64,000 nt of DNA from Ignavibacteriota bacterium. GTDB taxonomy: Bacteria > Bacteroidota > Ignavibacteria > Palsa-1295. Shown piece by piece: positions 36,586-44,707 of this stretch. A program made the position numbers and the translations under genes. The notes beneath the pieces were generated by a model. The model did no database searches, was not told the DNA's origin, and saw only the letters and a program-made list of their open reading frames with translations. The stretch covers positions 4,096 to 68,095 of the forward strand of contig PLYO01000031.1 of the NCBI GenBank assembly GCA_003151825.1, given 5' to 3'. The first letter of the stretch is position 1. The number at the start of each line of letters is the position of its first letter.

Positions 36586-38160
36586 TTATTTAATTCCCAA
36601 TGACTTGAATGCTTGCGGCAAGTGCGCGATCACATCCGTAGCGGTCATGGAATGCGTTGTTTTTTCTTTTGCGGCAAAATCGCCCGCAAGACCGTGCAGA
36701 TAAACAGCGGCCATTGTGGCTTCACCCGGGCTTTCGGGCATTTGCGCAAGAAGGCTTACAATCATTCCCGCGAGCACATCGCCCGTGCCGGCGGTAGCGA
36801 GGCCAACGTTACCGGTCGTATTGATATACGCTGTTTTGTCGGGTGTTACAATGTATGTTGGCGCACCCTTCATAACAACAATGCAGCCCGTCGTTTCAGC
36901 AACTTCACGCGCAACGGCAAGTCGATCGCGCACCACTTCGTTCAGGGGCCGATCAACAAGCCGCGCAATTTCACCCGCGTGAGGAGTGAGGATCGTTGGA
37001 GCTTTACGCTTTTTAAGAATATCGAGATGCCCCTCCAACGTACTCAGCGCGCCGGCGTCGATCACGATTGGCTTTTCTACTTCGGAAACGATTTTTAGAA
37101 TGAGTGCTGTCGTTCCCAAGATGACCGGCAAGCCGCAGCCGATGAGCACCACATCCGCACGTTTGAGTTGGCCTTGAAGCTCCTCCCACGCCGGAAGATC
37201 CGGGCTGCCGTTCGTTTCGCTTTGCAGACCGTGCGTCATTAGTTCCGGCATCGCCTGCGCAACAATAGGCCGCTCCGATTCGGGAATCGCGACGGTAACC
37301 ATTCCACAGCCAGATTTCAGCGCAGCCATTCCAGACATGATTGCCGCGCCCGTCATGCCACGCGAGCCGCAAATGGTAAGGACACGGCCTCGCGTCATCT
37401 TCGACGCCGTGTAAGGAAAGGTGCGAATGGCAAGCGCAACATCGCGCGCACCCATAAGGAATGCATTGGCTGGTATCGAAGACGATTCAGCGCCAAGCGA
37501 AGCAACGGATATATCCCCCGTAAAAATGCGCGACTCGGCCCGATAAAAACCTATCTTCGGCGCGCCCATGGTGACCGTCCTATCAGTGCGGACGATGAGT
37601 TGAGAGGATTCGTCCGCTTCGAACGCGCCGTGATCAGCATCGAGTCCGGAAGGAATATCCATCGCAAGCACTTTGGCGCCCAGCGCTTCTTTGAGCATTT
37701 GAATGGCTTTTATGCCTTCGGCAATCGCACCTCTTGCCGTGCCGCTTGAACCTGTTCCAAGCAAAGCATCTACGATAACATCAGGGCCATCAACTATCTC
37801 GATTATATCTTCGGCTTTTTCGAAGGAATAAATCTCGTCGGGATCGATCAGCTTCGAGAGTGCATCGTATTGCGCTTTTGCATTGGGCGAAAGCTTCGAT
37901 TCGTCGCCAGCAAGAAAGACCGTCACATTATACTCACGCTCGGTAAACAATCGCGCGAGGGCCATGCCATCGCCACCGTTATTGCCGGTACCACAGATGA
38001 TTACGATTTCACTCTCGCCCGGAACTTCAAGCCAATCGCTCATCGTATTTAGTGCAGCGCGTGCGGCATTCTCCATCAGCACCGGCGATGGAATGCCGAT
38101 GTCTTCAATCAGATATTTATCGAACGCACGGGATTGGGCGGCTGTAAAGACCGGTTGCAT
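36586..38160 (-). CDS. nnr: Bifunctional NAD(P)H-hydrate epimerase/dehydratase
   Basis: LMENAA, GNNGGDG, DIPSG, LTPHAGE, AGTGDVLAG. Confidence 0.93.
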   Translation of the reverse strand: MQPVFTAAQSRAFDKYLIEDIGIPSPVLMENAARAALNTMSDWLEVPGESEIVIICGTGNNGGDGMALARLFTEREYNVTVFLAGDESKLSPNAKAQYDALSKLIDPDEIYSFEKAEDIIEIVDGPDVIVDALLGTGSSGTARGAIAEGIKAIQMLKEALGAKVLAMDIPSGLDADHGAFEADESSQLIVRTDRTVTMGAPKIGFYRAESRIFTGDISVASLGAESSSIPANAFLMGARDVALAIRTFPYTASKMTRGRVLTICGSRGMTGAAIMSGMAALKSGCGMVTVAIPESERPIVAQAMPELMTHGLQSETNGSPDLPAWEELQGQLKRADVVLIGCGLPVILGTTALILKIVSEVEKPIVIDAGALSTLEGHLDILKKRKAPTILTPHAGEIARLVDRPLNEVVRDRLAVAREVAETTGCIVVMKGAPTYIVTPDKTAYINTTGNVGLATAGTGDVLAGMIVSLLAQMPESPGEATMAAVYLHGLAGDFAAKEKTTHSMTATDVIAHLPQAFKSLGIK

Positions 38161-38528
38161 TACACTATTGGCTGAATAAACTCCAAACGGTTGCCGAATG
38201 GATCGCGAGTTTCAAACCGTTCATACCCCGGAATCGGTTCGCCGGTCAAAATGGTGCATCCTGCAGAAGTGAGGATGTTTTGCCAAGCATCAAGGTCGTT
38301 CACTTGATAGGCAAGGTGAGTTTTCGTGATTGAGTCCGATTTTTTCTCTTCAACACCAACATGCACCTGCTGGTCCGCGAGCTGAAGCCAAAACCCGCCT
38401 CGCGACCGAAGGCTGTCCGGTTTCGGTATCTCTTTGAGTTTCAAGAGATCACAATAGAATGCTCTCGCCGAGGTCTCGGCACCAATCGGGATGGTTATCT
38501 GGGCATGATGAAGACGAACGATATGCAT
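38160..38528 (-). CDS. VOC/glyoxalase family protein
   Basis: LHHAQI, RAFY, HLAYQV, RDPFGNRLEF. Confidence 0.88.
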   Translation of the reverse strand: MHIVRLHHAQITIPIGAETSARAFYCDLLKLKEIPKPDSLRSRGGFWLQLADQQVHVGVEEKKSDSITKTHLAYQVNDLDAWQNILTSAGCTILTGEPIPGYERFETRDPFGNRLEFIQPIV

Positions 38529-38533
38529 GTCAA

Positions 38534-40042
38534 TCACTGCACATAGAACGTCTTGGCAATATTCGTCAAGATCATCGGAAAAATACCGAGAAAGAACAGT
38601 CCGACCGCAGCGAGGACAAGCGCAGCCCACGCGCTGATGGTATCGCCCTGAATAGCAACCGCTCCTCCCGGAGAAACAGCAAACTCTTCACCAGCTTCCG
38701 GTTCCCTAAAGTACATCACAACCATTACGCGAAGATAGAAATAAACCGAAATAAGCGTGGCGATCATGCCAAGAACGGCATAGACGGTTAGGCCGCTTCG
38801 AATGGCTGCAGCAAACACGTAATACTTAGCGAAGAAACCACCGAATGGAGGAATGCCGGTGAGCGAGAGCATCATGATCGACATGATAGATGCCATCCAG
38901 GGGCTGCGGCGCCCAAGTCCGGCGAGGTCACTAAGTTCCACCGCGCGGCCACTCTCTTTCTCAAGCATTGCAACCACGCCGAATGCGCCCATTTGCATGA
39001 GCGTATATACCGTGAGATAAATGGTAACTGCGGTTGCGCCTTCGCGGTCCATCGCAGCAACACCGAGCAGCATGTATCCCGCGTGCGCGATACTTGAATA
39101 CGCAAGCATACGCTTTAAATTCATTTGAGCAAGCGCGGTGATGTTACCATAGAACATCGAGGCAAGCGCGATGACCGCAAGGATGGTCTGCGTTTTGTGC
39201 ATGGCATCGGGATCCAATGCGATTGGCCCCATCGCAATGTTAAATATCAGAATGAGCGCCGCAAACGCACCGGCTTTTCCAGCCGTAGAGAAGAAACCAG
39301 CAACGACCGTTGGTGCACCCTCATAGACATCCGGCGCCCATTGATGGAACGGAAATGCCGCGATCTTAAAGCAAAATCCGACGAGCAGCATACCGGTCCC
39401 CATCCAGAACATGTGGCTGGCCAAGATGGCATGGGATGAAATGGGATTTTGAAGCGCCTTCGTAATTACATCGAGATTTGTGGTAGCAAACGTTCCATAG
39501 AATAATGCGATACCATAAAGGAAGAAACCTGTGGAGAACGCACCGAGCAAGAAATATTTAAGCGCGGCTTCATTCGACTCGCGGCGCTTGCGGAAAAGTC
39601 CTGCAAGCACATAAAAAGCGATAGACATCGTCTCCAATCCGAGAAACGTGACAATGAGATCGTTGCCGGAAGCAAGCATGATCATTCCACAAGCGGAAAA
39701 AAGCGTGAGTGCGCTGAACTCCCCGACCATCACTCCTTCATCTCTCAAATATCGCTCCGCAAGCAACACCGCGAGAATGACGCCAACCGAAAATAGGATC
39801 GCGTAAAAATTGGCAAAGCTATTATTGAGGATCATGCCGCTAAAAATGCGGCCTGTGTTATCAAGATTTAGATAGGCGGCAATAGCGGCGGCCAACGCGC
39901 CGAGCACGGTGAGAAACAGCGGAATGCGCAAGGGAATTTTTTCGAAGGCGTCCCACATCAGCACGACGACGCCCGTTCCCGCAAGAATGAGGAGAGGCAT
40001 GATGCCATAGATGTCGCGGGCGGTTACTTGAAAAGCGATCAT
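38534..40042 (-). CDS. nuoN: NADH-quinone oxidoreductase subunit N
   Basis: EAALKYF, PFHQWAPDVYEGAP, KRMLAYSSIAHAG. Confidence 0.95.
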   Translation of the reverse strand: MIAFQVTARDIYGIMPLLILAGTGVVVLMWDAFEKIPLRIPLFLTVLGALAAAIAAYLNLDNTGRIFSGMILNNSFANFYAILFSVGVILAVLLAERYLRDEGVMVGEFSALTLFSACGMIMLASGNDLIVTFLGLETMSIAFYVLAGLFRKRRESNEAALKYFLLGAFSTGFFLYGIALFYGTFATTNLDVITKALQNPISSHAILASHMFWMGTGMLLVGFCFKIAAFPFHQWAPDVYEGAPTVVAGFFSTAGKAGAFAALILIFNIAMGPIALDPDAMHKTQTILAVIALASMFYGNITALAQMNLKRMLAYSSIAHAGYMLLGVAAMDREGATAVTIYLTVYTLMQMGAFGVVAMLEKESGRAVELSDLAGLGRRSPWMASIMSIMMLSLTGIPPFGGFFAKYYVFAAAIRSGLTVYAVLGMIATLISVYFYLRVMVVMYFREPEAGEEFAVSPGGAVAIQGDTISAWAALVLAAVGLFFLGIFPMILTNIAKTFYVQ

Positions 40043-40053
40043 ATTATTCTTGT

Positions 40054-40199
40054 GTCATTGCGAGGAGAAAGAAGCGACCTCAGGAGCTTCTTTCGACGAA
40101 GCAATCTCGTGAGATGAACGAAGAGATTGCTTCGTCGGAATCACTGCCGCGCATGATCGGTCATGCGCGCTCCGCTCCGTGATTCCTTCTCGCAATGAC
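40054..40199. repeat. Multi-arm palindromic element, type B, forming the nuoM C-terminus and stop
   Basis: GTCATTGCGAG...CTCGCAATGAC ends; inner stem CGACGAAGCAATCTC/GAGATTGCTTCGTCG. Confidence 0.88.
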
Positions 40200-41785
40200 G
40201 TTCCAATGTGCGTTCGTTGGGCAGTCGATACCCCGCTCTGCTTCATCTTCAGCAAATCGTCCGACATCTGATACATCGTCCGTTCGCTCATCTTCATAAA
40301 ATTCATTGGCTGAATGCCAATCCAGATCATGAACACGACCATTGGCACAACGGCTACGAGTTCCCGCCAGTTTAGATCGGGGGTCGCGTGTCCGCCGTGG
40401 TCGGCTTCGGCGGCATGACCGTGGTCGTGTCCGGCGCTCGGCTTCGCGCCTTTCGGCAAACCGAAAACGAAACGCTGGTACATCCAAAGCAAATAAACAG
40501 CGGCGAGAATAACGCCTGTTGCGCTCCAAATTGCATAGGACCACGTATTCAGCACGGGAGAATAATACGCGCCCATCATTGTAAGATATTCGCCGATGAA
40601 ACCGTTAAGTCCCGGCAACCCAACGCTGGAAAAAACTGCAATGCCGAAAAATACTGAGAAGAGCGGCACCATCTTCGCAAGTCCGCCATATTCCGAAATT
40701 TCCCGCGTGTGACGGCGGTCGTACATCATGCCAAACATCATGAAGAGCATTCCGGTCGAAAGGCCGTGATTTATCATTTGAATGACCGCTCCCTGCAATC
40801 CCTCGCGCGTCATCGAAAAAATGCCGAGCACGATAAATCCCATGTGCGCAACCGACGAATACGCGATGAGCTTCTTCACATCCGTCTGCACCATCGAAAC
40901 GAGCGCACCGTATATAATGCCGATCACGCCGAGCACAGAAAACAGCGTGGAATAATCGAACGCCGCCTGCGGGAACATTTCGAGACAAAAGCGGATGAGG
41001 CCGTAGGTCCCCATCTTCAACAGTACGCCGGCAAGAATGACGGAACCAGCCGTTGGCGCTTCGGTATGAGCATCCGGCAGCCAGGTATGAAGCGGAAAGA
41101 TTGGAACTTTGATTGCAAAACTCAACGCGAATGCGAGGAATAGATAATGCTGAACGTCTATCGGAAGCTGACGCGAAACGACGAGCAGCTTTGTAATATC
41201 AGTCGTGAAATGCCCGGTGATATGCCCTGCTTCGATGCCCAGCCAGATAATGGCAACAAGCATTATCAGCGAACCCGCCATCGTATAGATGAAGAACTTT
41301 ATCGCCGCATAAATCCGCCGCTTGCCGCCCCACACGCCGATGATAAAATACATCGGAATGAGAATCACTTCCCAGAAAATGTAGAACAGGAAAAGATCGA
41401 GCGAGCAAAATACACCGATCATTCCTGCTTCCAGCAGCATGAGCAGCGCCATGAAAGCCGGTACGCTTTTCGTGATCGAATTCCACGTTCCGAAGATCGT
41501 CACGATCATGAGGAATGTCGTGAGCAGAATGAGCAGCATCGACATTCCATCCACGCCGACAAAATAGGTGAAGATTAGGCCCGGCAACGCAATCCAGGGC
41601 ATTTGCTCGGTGAGCTGATACCCGCCCAACGCAGAATTGAACTGCATGTAAACGACGAGCGAGATCACGAACGTGATGATGCTTGTCACGAGCGCGACCC
41701 ACTTCGCGGCTTCGGCCTTGCGCACCACCAGCGCGGCTAAAGCGCCCAAGAGCGGGAAAAAGATTAGTAGTGATAAAATACCCAT
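40055..41785 (-). CDS. nuoM: NADH-quinone oxidoreductase subunit M
   Basis: FYIFWE, KVPIFPLHTWLPDAHTEAP, KKLIAYSSVAHMG. Confidence 0.95.
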   Translation of the reverse strand: MGILSLLIFFPLLGALAALVVRKAEAAKWVALVTSIITFVISLVVYMQFNSALGGYQLTEQMPWIALPGLIFTYFVGVDGMSMLLILLTTFLMIVTIFGTWNSITKSVPAFMALLMLLEAGMIGVFCSLDLFLFYIFWEVILIPMYFIIGVWGGKRRIYAAIKFFIYTMAGSLIMLVAIIWLGIEAGHITGHFTTDITKLLVVSRQLPIDVQHYLFLAFALSFAIKVPIFPLHTWLPDAHTEAPTAGSVILAGVLLKMGTYGLIRFCLEMFPQAAFDYSTLFSVLGVIGIIYGALVSMVQTDVKKLIAYSSVAHMGFIVLGIFSMTREGLQGAVIQMINHGLSTGMLFMMFGMMYDRRHTREISEYGGLAKMVPLFSVFFGIAVFSSVGLPGLNGFIGEYLTMMGAYYSPVLNTWSYAIWSATGVILAAVYLLWMYQRFVFGLPKGAKPSAGHDHGHAAEADHGGHATPDLNWRELVAVVPMVVFMIWIGIQPMNFMKMSERTMYQMSDDLLKMKQSGVSTAQRTHIGTSLREGITERSAHDRSCAAVIPTKQSLRSSHEIASSKEAPEVASFSSQ

Positions 41786-41804
41786 TTATACAAAAATACG
41801 AAAT

Positions 41805-42131
41805 TTACTCTATACCCCTTAGTAATTCACGAAGTTCGGCATCCGAGATAGAGCTTTTCTCGGATTTATCGTAAATAGAGAGCAAATAGACGGTTGCACG
41901 TTCGACATAGATGTATGAAATTACTCGGCCGCCCGTAGATTTGCCCCGGCCTTTCGATTTTATCGCCAAACGGATTTTGTAGCAGTTGTGACCGATAGCT
42001 CTCCCAAGCTCCGGGTTTTCCTGCAACTCAGCGCCAAGGTCAAGAAGGTCTTGGCGAAGAGAGCGGTATTTTTTCGCTAATACTTTAGCTTCGCGATCAA
42101 AATGAGGGGTGGTTCGGACTGAATATGCCAC
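41805..42131 (-). CDS. RelE/HigB-like toxin
   Basis: KKYRSL, YKIRLAIKSKGRGKSTGGRVI, LLSIYDKS; same family as 8529-8861. Confidence 0.85.
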   Translation of the reverse strand: MAYSVRTTPHFDREAKVLAKKYRSLRQDLLDLGAELQENPELGRAIGHNCYKIRLAIKSKGRGKSTGGRVISYIYVERATVYLLSIYDKSEKSSISDAELRELLRGIE

Positions 42132-42133
42132 TG

Positions 42134-42337
42134 TTATAGCTTCTTCAAAAGCTCTTTCAATTCAGGAAGCTCTATCTCGCCACGTTTATGACGTTTCACG
42201 TCCTCAACAGCATTGCGTATTCCCTTGATGATCTCCGCTTTTTCAGGCGTCAGCCGAAGGGTTTTCGCGCGAATATTTCGCATCAGTTCAAAAAAGAACG
42301 GTGCCCGCTTATCGTCCACTTCTACGAGAACTTTCAT
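42134..42337 (-). CDS. Putative antitoxin
   Basis: MKVLVEVDDKRAPFFFELMRN..., directly upstream of the toxin. Confidence 0.78.
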   Translation of the reverse strand: MKVLVEVDDKRAPFFFELMRNIRAKTLRLTPEKAEIIKGIRNAVEDVKRHKRGEIELPELKELLKKL

Positions 42338-42346
42338 GCTACGAAT

Positions 42347-42371
42347 AACGCGAATGCAAATTGATGGTTCC
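42347..42371 (-). promoter_or_regulatory. ECF-type promoter-like motif GGAAC-N16-CGTT
   Basis: 9 nt before the ATG; identical spacing at 43199-43223 with a different spacer. Confidence 0.6.
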
Positions 42372-42425
42372 TGAATGACACAAAACAAGTAAAACCCGAA
42401 AACATCTTAAAATAAATTGTATCTA

Positions 42426-42816
42426 TCAAAGAAACGGATTTACAATGCGAACTCCTTCGATGATTTGATTATGCTGAAAATCTTCAGAGTAAAGCATAGA
42501 GCACTCCGCTTCGATGGCTGAGGCAAGGATGAGGCTGTCGTAATAGGAATAACGATAGCGAGCGGGCTTTTTTGATTGTTGCGATGGAGACGATTAAAAT
42601 ATCCACCGCGCTAACAACTTCATCGGCTATCGCGTCAATCTCTGGCCAGGAAAAACGGAATTTACCAGAGGAAAGCACATTCGAGAGTTCCGAAAGAACC
42701 TGAGTGCTACAAACTCTACCAACTCCTAAAAAAGCATCGCTCGCCTTCCGGTATTTATCCGGCTCAACTCTGGCGTAGTTATAGACGACAATGTTCGTAT
42801 CGACGAAACGTTTCAT
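42426..42816 (-). pseudogene. Frameshifted PIN/VapC toxin
   Basis: MKRFVDTNIV...IKKA, then in a shifted frame RYRYSYYDSLILASAIEAECSMLYSEDFQHNQIIEGVRIVNPFL*. Confidence 0.85.
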
Positions 42817-43046
42817 CGGCGGCGGTTCGCTTCCTCTCGATCGAACTTCCACCCGCGAGTGTCGATGCTAACTGCGTTGAAATGCGCATGAACCTCCTCG
42901 ACCGTCGAAAAAACGCGATTGCCGGGGCTTGTCTCGCCATTGGCTCCAAGATCGGATAATATCACTTCAACCGTGTGCCCGCGAAGCTCTTCGGGCACTT
43001 CGAGCACGATGGTTTCTTCCGTAGGTGTAATAATTTGCGTGAACAT
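42813..43046 (-). CDS. Putative antitoxin
   Basis: Ends WKFDREEANRR; ATGA overlap with the PIN gene; AGGAGG RBS. Confidence 0.8.
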   Translation of the reverse strand: MFTQIITPTEETIVLEVPEELRGHTVEVILSDLGANGETSPGNRVFSTVEEVHAHFNAVSIDTRGWKFDREEANRRR

Positions 43047-43078
43047 AATTCCTCCTGATACCCAGAACAGGGTTGTCT

Positions 43079-43189
43079 CTACTTAGTTTCACATCGCGTG
43101 CCAAGCAAACCCTTCGGAATGCGAATATTCCGCATCCGTTCAAAAAAGAACGGTGCCCGCTTATCGTCAACTTCTACAAGTATTTTCAT
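43079..43189 (-). pseudogene. 5' remnant of the 42134-42337 antitoxin
   Basis: 43121-43203 matches 42269-42351 at 75 of 83 nt; reads MKILVEVDDKRAPFFFERMRNIR and then diverges. Confidence 0.88.
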
Positions 43190-43224
43190 GCAAAGAATAA
43201 CGCCAGTACATTAAGCAAGTTCCT

Positions 43225-43299
43225 CTCGGACTTGCGCACAAGATGTGCAACAAGCGCGCCGAGGAACGGGAAAAATATGAGGAGTGAAAGTATGCCCAT
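43225..43299 (-). pseudogene. 5' remnant of a nuoM allele (25 codons)
   Basis: MGILSLLIFFPFLGALVAHLVRKSE versus NuoM MGILSLLIFFPLLGALAALVVRKAE: 20/25 aa, 53/75 nt. Confidence 0.88.
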
Positions 43300-43323
43300 T
43301 AAAGTCTATCTTTAACTTATTCG

Positions 43324-44694
43324 CTAACGATGTACGATGTGTCTATTTATCACATGCTCTCCGGCCCGGACGACAACGAAATAGTCTCCAGAAGGCAGTG
43401 AGCCATTGTCGAACAGAATAGGAATTTCATGGTCTCCAGCGGAATAATAACCATCAATCTGGGACAGAAGCGTTCTGCCCAGGAGATCGACCAATTCAAG
43501 CGAAACCTGTTCAGGCTGGCCCAAGGAAATGCGGATCGTTGTGACGTTATCGAAGGGATTCGGATAATTCTGGACATCAAAATCAGAAGACTCCGGGGCG
43601 GAAATGCTATTTACTTGCGAGTTCACTCGAATCTTGTACATAGATCCACCAGCGCAGTAGCCAAGCGTATCGCCAAAGAATCGAAAGCGATTGGCATACG
43701 TCGATTGATTGCCGAACGACCATGTTTCGCCGCCATTGGTCGTCGTGTAAACGCCGCCGACGGCCAAACCCCCTGCCCAGCCAATGCTATCCGTAATAAA
43801 TCCGATGCCCTGTAGATCAAAAAAGTTTGGTGTGATGACCTTTCTCACCCAGGTCAGACCGCCATCGGTCGTCTTCAAAAAGGTTGTATTCTCGGTCTCA
43901 TCTTCTGATTCGATGGAGACATATCCGACCGATCGAGATGGAAACGAAATCTTCCAGCACCAGCCATCCGAATCCGGGGACTGGTATCGCTGGCTCCAGC
44001 TCTCGCCGCCATCGGACGTGAAGAGCACGATCGCCGACGAATTCCATTCCGGGTATGATCCACCCACCACGATTCCGGAATCTCTCGACCAAAAATAAAT
44101 ATCAATGAGCCGCGTTGCGTAGGCGTTCATGTCGATTGATTCCCAACTTGTTCCGCGGTTTGTCGTCTTCAGAATGTAGGGTGGTCCATCCCATTTACCG
44201 CAGATGTACACCACGTCGGAATCGCAGGCCCACATGCCACAAAGACCGGCAGGCTTTTCGCCTTCGATCTTCGAATCGGCGACGGCCCACGTCGTTCCGC
44301 CGTCGGTCGTCTCGTAGAGGATCGCCGTATCGCTACTGGAGAACGCCGCTTCGAGGCCGAGTGTCCCGACCCAACCATGGAGCGAGTCCGAAAAACGAAT
44401 CGAACGAAGATAGCCTCCCATCGAATCGCGCACAACGGTCCACGTTGTTCCACCATTCGTCGTCTTGTAGATCTTTCCAAATTCAGTAATTGTATCGGAT
44501 GCGACGGAAAAAGCGTGGACCGCCCATCCGAGTTCGGGCGTGAGAAAGAAGACATCGTCGTACCGTTCACTCGACCAGGTGGTGCTCGGATGGGTAGCGG
44601 GCCATGAATCGGGATGAAGATCCTGCCATATAATCTGCTGCGCATGGGCACGATACGGTGAGAGTAGGAAAAGTAATGTAAGTAATCGTTTCAT
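43324..44694 (-). CDS. YCF48/Asp-box propeller protein with T9SS-type CTD
   Basis: KTT.GG.TW repeats, NYPNPF...GDYFV. Confidence 0.87.
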   Translation of the reverse strand: MKRLLTLLFLLSPYRAHAQQIIWQDLHPDSWPATHPSTTWSSERYDDVFFLTPELGWAVHAFSVASDTITEFGKIYKTTNGGTTWTVVRDSMGGYLRSIRFSDSLHGWVGTLGLEAAFSSSDTAILYETTDGGTTWAVADSKIEGEKPAGLCGMWACDSDVVYICGKWDGPPYILKTTNRGTSWESIDMNAYATRLIDIYFWSRDSGIVVGGSYPEWNSSAIVLFTSDGGESWSQRYQSPDSDGWCWKISFPSRSVGYVSIESEDETENTTFLKTTDGGLTWVRKVITPNFFDLQGIGFITDSIGWAGGLAVGGVYTTTNGGETWSFGNQSTYANRFRFFGDTLGYCAGGSMYKIRVNSQVNSISAPESSDFDVQNYPNPFDNVTTIRISLGQPEQVSLELVDLLGRTLLSQIDGYYSAGDHEIPILFDNGSLPSGDYFVVVRAGEHVINRHIVHR

Positions 44695-44707
44695 CCACTA
44701 TCAAATC

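Noticed and set aside
42560-42575. Programmed frameshift at the A6 run in the PIN gene
   Set aside because: A +1 shift is needed, the run is not in the X XXY YYZ frame, and residues appear to be missing; a deletion is more likely
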